Both the position numbers and the translations under genes were made by a program. Positions 26,093 through 34,373 of a stretch of 44,572 nucleotides of DNA are shown one piece after another. How positions within the stretch are numbered: position 1 is the first letter of the stretch; every line of letters begins with the position of its first letter. The stretch spans positions 1-44,572 of IMG/VR virus record IMGVR_UViG_3300033487_000014. One strand, 5' to 3'. The notes below the pieces were generated by a model, which had not been told where the DNA came from, searched no databases, and saw only the letters and a list, made by a program, of their open reading frames with translations. Source of the stretch: a virus (Duplodnaviria; Caudoviricetes).

Positions 26093-26630
26093 ATTTTACT
26101 TTCCCACTTGCGTGAAAAGTTTTGTCGTCTCTCATTTTTACGAGCAAAACTTCTAAATTGCCCTCCTCTACCCATCCTATGTTCTCAACTTTCCAGGGAG
26201 CGGGCTCGTAGGTATAGTACAAAGCCGCCCCGTCTATGACCTTTAGGGGGTCAAAATAGTACCAGGTTACTTCATTACAGCCGTTGATGTGAGACGGGTC
26301 CTGCCAGTAACCAAGAGAACCAGCATAAGGTGTAGACACCATAAGCTGTCCCCCGTATTTTGTTATCCTCCAAACTTCATCCATCCATCTGAGAAACCCC
26401 TCGTGTCGTGGGTCTATATGTTCTACCACCTGGGTAGCAACAACAAGGTCTGCCGTATTAGACGGTATTTCCCAGGGGAATTTCTCAGGGTCTATCACTA
26501 CATCAGCGTTCGGGTTGGGCTTAAAGGATATGTTAATGAAGTTCCGCTTTAAGTCCGCAATATTACCAAGTTGTATATTGACAAAATTCTTTGTCTCAAT
26601 CAGCTTTTTGATTTTTTCTTTATCCGTCAT
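26085..26630 (-). CDS. Class I SAM methyltransferase (motif I degenerate)
   Basis: FPW, VVEHI, EVWRITKYGG, QDPSH; motif I reads IQLGNIA. Confidence 0.8.
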   Translation of the reverse strand: MTDKEKIKKLIETKNFVNIQLGNIADLKRNFINISFKPNPNADVVIDPEKFPWEIPSNTADLVVATQVVEHIDPRHEGFLRWMDEVWRITKYGGQLMVSTPYAGSLGYWQDPSHINGCNEVTWYYFDPLKVIDGAALYYTYEPAPWKVENIGWVEEGNLEVLLVKMRDDKTFHASGKVKYE

Positions 26631-26652
26631 AAATCCTTTCTTCCATACAAAA

Positions 26653-26708
26653 GACCTTGCAACTCTAACGTCTCCGAAAAAGTTACAAGGTCGTTAGTGG
26701 AGACGTTA
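26653..26708 (-). other. Interleaved inverted repeats (pseudoknot or switchable terminator)
   Basis: 12-bp pair 26653-64/26681-92 and 10-bp pair 26666-75/26699-708, in X-Y-X'-Y' order. Confidence 0.75.
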
Positions 26709-26724
26709 ATACTACTAACCTACA

Positions 26725-27225
26725 TCAGGAAAACCTAAGTTCGTAAGTACAGTTTACAGATTGGTTACTCTGTAAGGTGCTTTGGGTATAGGTTTGTCCT
26801 GCTATGATTGTACCCTGTGTTATAGACGAAACAGCAAACAACCCAATGTTTTGAATCGCCTGTGTCGTCGAGAAATAACCTGAAGTTAATGTCCCAACGA
26901 ACCTTGCGGTCTTGCTCGATACCGCCGTAGGTGTAAGTGCAACCCTAATGCTCGATGATGCTGTTCCACCAGTGAGTTCACTTCCAAGACCTGTTGCGTT
27001 AGAGGCTGTCGTAGTACCCGACCCCAAAGCTACATACTGTGGATATACAGGTGTTACGGATGCAACACTTCCGACCCTTCCAACTATACAGGATTCATAC
27101 CCATAGTTAGTAATCTGATTTTCCAACCATCCGCTATCTCCTACAACCTTAGCTTCGCCGCTATCGTGTTCTACAATATTTAGCCTAAAAAAGCCACTTA
27201 CTTTTGAATTATCGTGCATCTTCAT
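26725..27225 (-). CDS. Beta-rich structural protein (putative fibre subunit)
   Basis: NQITNYG...YVALGSG...IGLF...YELRF pattern of phage structural proteins; Ser/Thr-rich; SD AAGGAGGTGA. Confidence 0.6.
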   Translation of the reverse strand: MKMHDNSKVSGFFRLNIVEHDSGEAKVVGDSGWLENQITNYGYESCIVGRVGSVASVTPVYPQYVALGSGTTTASNATGLGSELTGGTASSSIRVALTPTAVSSKTARFVGTLTSGYFSTTQAIQNIGLFAVSSITQGTIIAGQTYTQSTLQSNQSVNCTYELRFS

Positions 27226-27305
27226 TTCTACTCACCTCCTTAATATAAAAAATAGTAACTCCACACTAATATTAAAACTATCAAGGCTCTGACACAACTT
27301 CGACA

Positions 27306-29324
27306 CTAGATATCCGCCTTATTAGACAGTACAATCCCCGGTCCATAGGCATCCGTGAGGATTCTGATAACCTCGGAGGCATAGATGTACGGGACTGTAA
27401 GTGTCTTACCCTCCCACCGCTCCATACCTATAGAAACCATAACAGGCATACTCGTCTCAATCTTATACATAGTTTCTTTCTCAATCTCGATAGCCTCACG
27501 TACAGGTGCGGGATGTTCCCTAGCCCGGTGTTTGAAAAGCTCAAATGCCGTCTTAAACTGCTTGGAGCAAAGATTACAAGTGTTCATAGGAATTTCCTTT
27601 CTTAAAGCATAGAACTTTTGTTCGTAAACATCCACTAATGTACGCCAGTCAAATCCGTGTGCCCGTTCCATACCGGCTTTTCTGTACTCCTCCAACTTCT
27701 CCTTGTTGGTAAGAAGTCCTACAACAGCCTTAATGTAGTCTCCCTTGTAATTCTCGTGCTCGGGATGGTAGCCAATTACAATTCCGCCTTCCCCGACAGT
27801 AAACTTCATAGAACCGATGTCAGAAGTTACCGGAACTGCTCCGGCAGCCATACACTCAAGAGCGGAGATGCAGAAATTCTCATCATAATTGCAGGTATAG
27901 GGCATTAACTCCGAGGTTAGCTGGTGCTCTACCATAACACTCCGGGGAACCCTGCCTAAATAGTGGATTCCGTAAGCCCGCATCTCATCTGCGGTTTGTC
28001 TTTGTACCGCATTATCCGGGTCCTTGCCTCCCCAAAGCGTGTAATCTGCGGTAATCCACAAACTTGCATTAGGAACCTGCCTTTTAATCTCGGGGAACCA
28101 TTTTAAAATATAGTCCAGTCCCCGCTTAGGAACCGAACAGAAAACCATCTTGCCGGGAACTTTCTCTGGTATCTTCTCATAATCATATCCGTTTAATCCG
28201 TTATACATAATATCAATCTTGTTGCTCTTAATAGAGTAGTGATTAAGGATGTAGCTCTTGTGGTAAGGGGAAACACAGAACATCCGGTCTATCAGGGGGA
28301 ATATATCGGTCTCCCAGTTAGGACTGGTCCATTGGTCGTGGCTAAAGAAAATACGGGTTCCGCAGTACATATTAGTTACAGATGGATGATAATTTCTGTA
28401 GAGAATAAAGATGTCTGCAAAGATGTCTACATCCAAATGTGCCAGGTTGTACCAGTACACGCCGTTATACATCCCCTCATTTGTGGTGTCGTTATAGACC
28501 TCTACAAGATGCCCCTTCTTTACAAGCTCCCGGGTAAGACAAATCAATGTTGCCTCAGAACCCCCAACCCCCCTGCCCTCGTAGGATGAGTCGTTGAAGT
28601 CGTTATCCGGACAGTTAAACACAATAACTATCCGCAACTTGTCTTTTTTCTCCAAGCTGGCAAGTTTATTCTCCCAAACCTTTTGAGCAGTCTTAGTCAT
28701 CTCCTCAATATCTTTTAACCTAGACACCGTCTTAGAGCCAAAATGCTCTACTCCGGGGTCTATGTATTCCAATGTATAGCCAAGCAGTTTGAATGATACT
28801 GACAACCACCCGTCCTCAAAGAATCCCTTGCCGAAATCCTCATCCCACGGACCGGGGAGCTTGTCGAAATCCTCTTTAGCCCCAAACACACACCAACCTT
28901 CAAGGTAATCGGTACACCTGCCTCTCCACTCAGTCCACATATTGCCTTTGACCAGTTTACCCCCGTATATCACGTTAGGATTGAGCTTTTTGGCATCAAC
29001 AAACCTCTTTAACCACAAAGAATTGAGTACAATTATGTCGTTGTTAATGAATATGACAAACTTCCCCCGTGCTTTAGCAAAGCCCTTATTGTTACCCCCA
29101 CTGAACCCCAAATTATGCGTTAGCAGTATAGGCACGAGTCTGCTATCTTTTTTACTATAAGCTGCCAATTTCTCCCCAGTTCCGTCTGTAGAACCGTTAT
29201 CAACTACAATTAATTCATAATCTACATTTTCAGTTTTACTCAGGATGCTGTCAATGGCGGGCTTAGTGTACTCCTCATACAAACCCCACCCTAACATCAC
29301 TATAGACACCTCCGGACTGCTCAC
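27306..29324 (-). CDS. GT2-GT4 glycosyltransferase fusion with C2H2 finger and small C-terminal domain
   Basis: VVDNGSTDG, FINND (GT2); GGSE, ENFCISALECMAAG (GT4); CNLC..FELFKHRAREH. Confidence 0.92.
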   Translation of the reverse strand: MSSPEVSIVMLGWGLYEEYTKPAIDSILSKTENVDYELIVVDNGSTDGTGEKLAAYSKKDSRLVPILLTHNLGFSGGNNKGFAKARGKFVIFINNDIIVLNSLWLKRFVDAKKLNPNVIYGGKLVKGNMWTEWRGRCTDYLEGWCVFGAKEDFDKLPGPWDEDFGKGFFEDGWLSVSFKLLGYTLEYIDPGVEHFGSKTVSRLKDIEEMTKTAQKVWENKLASLEKKDKLRIVIVFNCPDNDFNDSSYEGRGVGGSEATLICLTRELVKKGHLVEVYNDTTNEGMYNGVYWYNLAHLDVDIFADIFILYRNYHPSVTNMYCGTRIFFSHDQWTSPNWETDIFPLIDRMFCVSPYHKSYILNHYSIKSNKIDIMYNGLNGYDYEKIPEKVPGKMVFCSVPKRGLDYILKWFPEIKRQVPNASLWITADYTLWGGKDPDNAVQRQTADEMRAYGIHYLGRVPRSVMVEHQLTSELMPYTCNYDENFCISALECMAAGAVPVTSDIGSMKFTVGEGGIVIGYHPEHENYKGDYIKAVVGLLTNKEKLEEYRKAGMERAHGFDWRTLVDVYEQKFYALRKEIPMNTCNLCSKQFKTAFELFKHRAREHPAPVREAIEIEKETMYKIETSMPVMVSIGMERWEGKTLTVPYIYASEVIRILTDAYGPGIVLSNKADI

Positions 29325-30238
29325 TTGAATACCTCCTCCAAAATCAAATTACACCTATCTTGATAGGTATTCTTACCTGTTGTTACAGCTTTCCACCCTC
29401 TGTCGGCAATCTCCTTCCAAATGTCGGTAGATACCAAACTAACTGCTTTATCTGCCACACCCCCATAAATACCCCTATTTTCATTAAAAGAGGCATAACA
29501 GTCCCTCGGTATGATATGTTCGATACTGCTTAATTCCGCCTGGTTGTTGGTTAAAACACAATTACCCATAGCAAGCCCTTCCCAAAATCTTGCCGGGAGG
29601 TCCTCAAGGGACGACCAGTTGAACGCAATCTTGCCTTTATTATAGGTCTTGTTATATTCGTCAAAAAGTATGCCCAAAGTGTTAAAAACCTTGAGTCCCC
29701 GACGTTCCATTTCTTTCAAAGCCTGGACCCGATGTTCATACTGCAACCCGATAAACACGACGTCGTAAATCTTCTCCATCCGTGGTATACGTTTATGTAT
29801 CCCAGGCATATAAGCATAAGGTACCCAAAACTTGTTCTTAAAAGAATAACGGTCCATATAGTATTTCTGCATACAGGCAAAGTGAGACGCATCTGCGAGT
29901 CTTGGCAGGTAGTTTACAGAGTGGGGGTCGGTTGCCAGTATCACATTCGGACATAAAGGCTTACCACTAAGGTAGGTGGTATCAGCAGCCTGTAGAACCA
30001 TCTCCGGGTACCACGGCATCCTATTTATCACCGTCTCAATGGGGAAACTTTCAACCTCCGGAATCTCTAAATCCGGTGGGCAATCGTAGTCGGGAAAATC
30101 AAACTCCGGACCCCAGGGTATCTTGCCGCCATTGTAGCAGCCAACAGTAAAAACCTGGTGCCCGAGGTCTTTTAACGCCCAGTCAAAGTATCTGCCCAAA
30201 GCCATAGGAAAATGTCTGTAGTGTAGTAGTATCTTCAC
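29321..30238 (-). CDS. GT-B glycosyltransferase (Glyco_trans_1_2/CgeB-like)
   Basis: YDVVFIG, KIAFN, RFWEGLAMG, IADRG...NTYQDR. Confidence 0.85.
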   Translation of the reverse strand: MKILLHYRHFPMALGRYFDWALKDLGHQVFTVGCYNGGKIPWGPEFDFPDYDCPPDLEIPEVESFPIETVINRMPWYPEMVLQAADTTYLSGKPLCPNVILATDPHSVNYLPRLADASHFACMQKYYMDRYSFKNKFWVPYAYMPGIHKRIPRMEKIYDVVFIGLQYEHRVQALKEMERRGLKVFNTLGILFDEYNKTYNKGKIAFNWSSLEDLPARFWEGLAMGNCVLTNNQAELSSIEHIIPRDCYASFNENRGIYGGVADKAVSLVSTDIWKEIADRGWKAVTTGKNTYQDRCNLILEEVFK

Positions 30239-30744
30239 GGCTTCCTCCCATACGCAAAAATTGAATTGTTAGGTTTCTCTTTGTTCAAATCATTATGGTC
30301 GTAGTAGTATTCCAAGTGAAAATCTGTGTAACCCTCGAACATTTTAGCTACCGCCTCCTCTGTAAATCTGTAATAATCGTGGGGAAAATCGTGCTTAGTA
30401 AAGGAAATACCCGGTACTGTAACAAGCATCCAGCCCCTATGTTTTAGGGCATCTCGCATATTTGCTACTGTAAGCCAAAACATATCGTCGTGCTCCAACG
30501 TCTCACAACAAGTTATGAGGTCAAAACACTCATACCCAAGTGTGTCCAGTTCGTGTCCGTTTAGAACCAGGTCTACCCCAGGTCCAGGTCGCATATCTAT
30601 TCCTGTAAAGTTTACATAAGATGCAGGACTTAGAATATCTTTAACACTACCATTAATATTGTAGGAACCTACATCCAAGACATCCCTAAAGGGAGCAAAT
30701 TTTGCCTCAAATCTTAGTAAAAAATCCTGCACATTTCCGAACAT
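30235..30744 (-). CDS. Class I SAM methyltransferase
   Basis: VLDVGSYNING, GIDM..GPGVD, LEHD, PHDYYRFT. Confidence 0.88.
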   Translation of the reverse strand: MFGNVQDFLLRFEAKFAPFRDVLDVGSYNINGSVKDILSPASYVNFTGIDMRPGPGVDLVLNGHELDTLGYECFDLITCCETLEHDDMFWLTVANMRDALKHRGWMLVTVPGISFTKHDFPHDYYRFTEEAVAKMFEGYTDFHLEYYYDHNDLNKEKPNNSIFAYGRKP

Positions 30745-30745
30745 A

Positions 30746-31243
30746 TTATTCTTTCTGAAGCCGCACTGTCAAACTAAATCCATCATTAACCGACATCAGC
30801 TTCTTAAATTTGAAGGTAATTCCATAAGAAATATAAGCAAAATCTGCCGGGTCTCCGCCTCCCCATTCCCCACAAAAGTAATTGAAAAACCCATCAGTTA
30901 TCTGAGGTCCGCAGTGTGTGGGGTCTTGAGAATGTGTTTCAAAACAACCGGGAACTGAAACGTGCAAAATCCCTCCGGGTACCAAAACCCTGTAAGCCTC
31001 CGCCATAAGATGAACTCTCGGATAGAAAGTCTCCCATTTTTTCGTTGTCTCGTTAAAATGTTCTACCACTGATGGACAGTGTTCCATAATCATCTCCATC
31101 CGCACCTCATCTACAGAACAGTCGGAAACCTTCCACTTCTCCATAGCAACATCCTGGACAATCGTAGTTTTAGGGAACTGTACTCTGTCAATTTGGATAT
31201 CAGCCTCACTATGAGGTCCGGCACCTACATCAAGTTTGACCAT
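30746..31243 (-). CDS. Class I SAM methyltransferase
   Basis: KLDVGAG, MEH, EAYRVLVPGG, QDPTH. Confidence 0.88.
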   Translation of the reverse strand: MVKLDVGAGPHSEADIQIDRVQFPKTTIVQDVAMEKWKVSDCSVDEVRMEMIMEHCPSVVEHFNETTKKWETFYPRVHLMAEAYRVLVPGGILHVSVPGCFETHSQDPTHCGPQITDGFFNYFCGEWGGGDPADFAYISYGITFKFKKLMSVNDGFSLTVRLQKE

Positions 31244-32315
31244 TTTTTACCTCCTTTAAATTTTTAACCATAGACTTTGTGGCGACCTCCCAAGATTCCT
31301 TTTCGTCAATCCACTCCGAAGCCTCCCGTCCCATATCGGCTGCATCCTCAAGATGTTCAAAACACCACCTCATATAATACATCAATTCCTGTATATCAAT
31401 CATAGCCCAGTTACCGGGCTGCTCCACGGTCATAGGGTTTACTCCCCGTTCAAAGTGGTCCGGCTCTATAGGAAAATTGAATCGAGGGTTACAGATATCG
31501 GAAAGTCCGGAATAATTCGTCAGGATGACAGGTAGACCCGTGGACATAGCTTCTCGAGGTGGCATCCCAACTCCCTCAGCTCGTGAGGGAAATACAAAAC
31601 AATCAAATATATGATACAAATTCACCATCTCCTCAGTGTTTAGGTGCCGTATATCAACGCTAATCCTCGGGTCCGTGTAATGAGAGTAGAATCCAAAGTC
31701 CTTATTGGAGCTTTTAATATAGAGTCGCACCGGTTCCCACGGTAAAAACTCAGAAACAAACGCCCGGATAACGTCAAACACACCTTTTCTGTCTCCCGCT
31801 CCCTCCACGCCATTCATATAGCCAACCATTCCAAAAGTATACATATCCCGTATGGGACGCTCGTAGTAGGAAAATCTCTCAGTGTCAATACCCTGCTTGA
31901 CCACACGGATTTTATCTTCAGGAACCCCCGCACGGGTAAATACCTCACGATTAAACTCATTGGGCACAAATACATAGTCCATATTGCAACAGGCACCTAC
32001 CCAGGGGGTCCCTATTTCGTCAGACTCGCACATTGTATAACCTATTTTTATATCGTTATCAACCTCCGGAAAACTAAAGGGAGTAGAGTTTATAAAGCCA
32101 ATAGTCTGCTTTTCCCACGGTACAGAAAATATCTCCCGCTCTTCGTCAGACAGGGCATCCCATTCAGGAGTTTTAGGTTTAGGAGTATTTTTGGGATGGG
32201 GATAAATGCCCACTTCAACTCTTTTTAAATATTTTGCAGAATTTAAACTGGCGATTCCGTAACCGCCAAAAGGGGTCCAAAGTCCATAGTGGTTAATGTC
32301 CAAGATATTTGGCAT
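31230..32315 (-). CDS. GT4 glycosyltransferase
   Basis: GGYG, YTMCES, DRKG, FVFPSRAEGVGMPPREAMSTGLPVI. Confidence 0.92.
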   Translation of the reverse strand: MPNILDINHYGLWTPFGGYGIASLNSAKYLKRVEVGIYPHPKNTPKPKTPEWDALSDEEREIFSVPWEKQTIGFINSTPFSFPEVDNDIKIGYTMCESDEIGTPWVGACCNMDYVFVPNEFNREVFTRAGVPEDKIRVVKQGIDTERFSYYERPIRDMYTFGMVGYMNGVEGAGDRKGVFDVIRAFVSEFLPWEPVRLYIKSSNKDFGFYSHYTDPRISVDIRHLNTEEMVNLYHIFDCFVFPSRAEGVGMPPREAMSTGLPVILTNYSGLSDICNPRFNFPIEPDHFERGVNPMTVEQPGNWAMIDIQELMYYMRWCFEHLEDAADMGREASEWIDEKESWEVATKSMVKNLKEVKNGQT

Positions 32316-32496
32316 AGGACGAATGAGCTATGGCTTCATACTCTGCATAGGTATTTATTCTTATCCTATTGTTGGCAGCGTATGTCCAATGGTCTCTGTT
32401 TACACCGACCTCCACGGTAAAGGGAAAAGTAACCTCAAAAGGCAGGAGAACCTCTTTCAGAGACTTAACCGGCTTGTTACTACGTTTTCGTTCCAC
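32293..32496 (-). CDS. 67-aa protein carrying the shared small domain
   Basis: GTG start after the capsid terminator; VEVGVNRDHW. The track ORF extension runs through the terminator. Confidence 0.6.
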   Translation of the reverse strand: MERKRSNKPVKSLKEVLLPFEVTFPFTVEVGVNRDHWTYAANNRIRINTYAEYEAIAHSSYAKYLGH

Positions 32497-32503
32497 TGTA
32501 GTC

Positions 32504-32532
32504 AATCTAACAAATAAGAGAGAAAAAAACAA
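32504..32532 (-). promoter_or_regulatory. Candidate promoter for the glycosylation cassette (leaderless)
   Basis: TTGTTT-N17-TAGATT with TG extension; GTG 7 nt downstream. Confidence 0.45.
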
Positions 32533-32548
32533 GAGCCCGAAGGCTCTC
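32523..32548 (-). terminator. Intrinsic terminator after the major capsid gene
   Basis: GAGAGCC-UUCG-GGCUCUU-G-U7. Confidence 0.85.
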
Positions 32549-32649
32549 ATTTTCCCGATATAGGCTCCGGGTACTTTATCTTTTTCAGTATCCGCCCTAC
32601 TCAAGCCGTCGGGACTGCATCTTGTTTTTATACCAATAATGCCAAGCTC

Positions 32650-33573
32650 TTATCTAGCCGATTCAATTCTCCTCAACCAGTTCTGATTGAGAATAACAGC
32701 CTTCAAGTAAGCCTTCCAAGCTATTGCCGTCTTGACTTTGTACTCATCGCCGTGTCCACCCGGAGGTGTAATTACGACATCGAAGTCTCCTGGCAACAGT
32801 CTTGTGATACCGTAAGCACCGTCTCCGATGATTATGGTCTGCTCCAAATGAGCGACTGCGTTATTAGAACCTGAGTTAGATACAGATGGTGCCGTGGATG
32901 TTACTACAAAGCGTACTCCGTCAACGGTTACAAGTTCCCCTGTAAACATTGTCTTTTTGCTTTCAAGTCCTCTCACAGCGTCTCGGAAAGCACTATCCTT
33001 CATTAACCTTGTTTTGACATAAGGTGAGATTATTGCGATATAGTTATCGCCGATTCTCATAGCGTCCTGAGCCTCAAGAGACTCGACGTTATCTAAAATG
33101 TCATCCAGGTCAAGCGTATCGGCTGAGGTTACAAGGTTTCTAGCAGCCTTTGAATTTGCGTATCCCGCATTTGTACCAGCTACTAATACATCCCTTACTT
33201 TCTCGTTGATAGTTTCACCTGCATTTTGCCCAACAAGTTTTTTATACTCATCAGGTAGGTTAAGGAAAGAAGTTTCGCCCAAGAACTCGACTAGCTCTAC
33301 ACCGTTACCCCACAGCTCTAATGTCGCAGTAATCACGGACTCTGTAACTGCTACAGGTGCCCAGGTTGGGTTATCATCCAGCACTGCTACAGGAACGGTC
33401 ATTTTAGTGAACCGAATCCAGCTTGCTGTTTGACCCTTTCTCTGCATTATCAGGTCAGGTTGACCGAATTGTGGGTAAACGAGTTTAGGCTTTGCGAACT
33501 CTAGGGTCTTACGGACATTGTATACTTCAATCTCCAAAGCCCCTTCGGTTCTGGTCATCACTGTTCCAGCCAT
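32650..33573 (-). CDS. Major capsid protein (N4-gp56-like)
   Basis: LVYPQFGQ, GELVTVDGVRFV, IIIGDGAYG, AVILNQNWLRRIES; follows the scaffold and precedes a terminator. Confidence 0.9.
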   Translation of the reverse strand: MAGTVMTRTEGALEIEVYNVRKTLEFAKPKLVYPQFGQPDLIMQRKGQTASWIRFTKMTVPVAVLDDNPTWAPVAVTESVITATLELWGNGVELVEFLGETSFLNLPDEYKKLVGQNAGETINEKVRDVLVAGTNAGYANSKAARNLVTSADTLDLDDILDNVESLEAQDAMRIGDNYIAIISPYVKTRLMKDSAFRDAVRGLESKKTMFTGELVTVDGVRFVVTSTAPSVSNSGSNNAVAHLEQTIIIGDGAYGITRLLPGDFDVVITPPGGHGDEYKVKTAIAWKAYLKAVILNQNWLRRIESAR

Positions 33574-33603
33574 TTTCTATAACTCCTTTACTTAAATTTA
33601 ATA

Positions 33604-34293
33604 CTACTTACGAATCTTTCGATTCACCTTACGCTCAAGTTTGTCCAAAGGCATCGTGTAAAGGTCAGTATCCTCGGGGGACCCGGGGACTACATCAACC
33701 TCTTCCTCTCCACCTTCAGGAGCAGCGTTAGGTCGCATCTTAGAAGCAGGTGCTTTAGTCGGAGCTTGTGGCTCCTGGGTACCAGGCTCTTCCGACGCCA
33801 AACCAGCAACGAAGTCCGCAACCCAAGTCTCTACATCAAGTAAAGCATTAGGCACGTTTAAGTTTAGGAATGAGTTTCGACTAGCATACGCCCACGGATT
33901 GCTCCTAATGAGTTTGACCTGGTTCGCAGGTAACTCAGGGTATAAATCTAGTATTCCGTCCAACTCAGCACGCAGGTCAGATTCCGCAAGCCTCATAGCT
34001 GTGTTAAAGTCAGAGGTTTGTGGCTGTGCCTCGCCGCCCTGGTCATTGACTTGACCCGGCTTAAATAAACTCTTGTTGCTGTTAGCCTGTCGTCTAGCTT
34101 CAACAAGTAAACGATTCAATGCTCGATTTTGCTCTAGCATCGCATCGTGCTTGGATTTCCAGTCCTCTTCGGGCTGGACGCTATTCGGCTGTCCGGGAGT
34201 ACCTTCGTTGTCAGAGCCCTCGTCGGCTCCTGTGTCGGTTCCGGTTTGGTCCTCAAACTCGGTCCCTACGTCAACAGTTGTATCTTCAGGCAT
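33604..34293 (-). CDS. Capsid scaffolding protein
   Basis: Acidic N-terminus, EDWKSKH coiled coil, MPLDKLE C-terminus; immediately upstream of the capsid gene. Confidence 0.75.
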   Translation of the reverse strand: MPEDTTVDVGTEFEDQTGTDTGADEGSDNEGTPGQPNSVQPEEDWKSKHDAMLEQNRALNRLLVEARRQANSNKSLFKPGQVNDQGGEAQPQTSDFNTAMRLAESDLRAELDGILDLYPELPANQVKLIRSNPWAYASRNSFLNLNVPNALLDVETWVADFVAGLASEEPGTQEPQAPTKAPASKMRPNAAPEGGEEEVDVVPGSPEDTDLYTMPLDKLERKVNRKIRK

Positions 34294-34335
34294 AAATATT
34301 CACCACCTTTCAAAGTGCAAATACTGAATATATTG

Positions 34336-34357
34336 TGCGGTAATTATGCGGGAATTA
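34336..34357. promoter_or_regulatory. Tandem 11-bp repeat upstream of scaffold/capsid
   Basis: TGCGGTAATTA TGCGGGAATTA. Confidence 0.65.
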
Positions 34358-34373
34358 CAAACTCGACGCTACG

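Noticed and set aside
24630-32315. DNA hypermodification or DNA methyltransferase cluster
   Set aside because: MTases lack DPPY/NPPY or PC motifs, no base-hydroxylating or thymidylate-synthase-like gene is visible, the genes sit among structural genes, and restriction sites still appear avoided. Not formally excluded.
32497-32604. N-terminal extension of the 103-aa track ORF
   Set aside because: Crosses the UUCG terminator and U-tract; GTG 32496 is the more plausible start.
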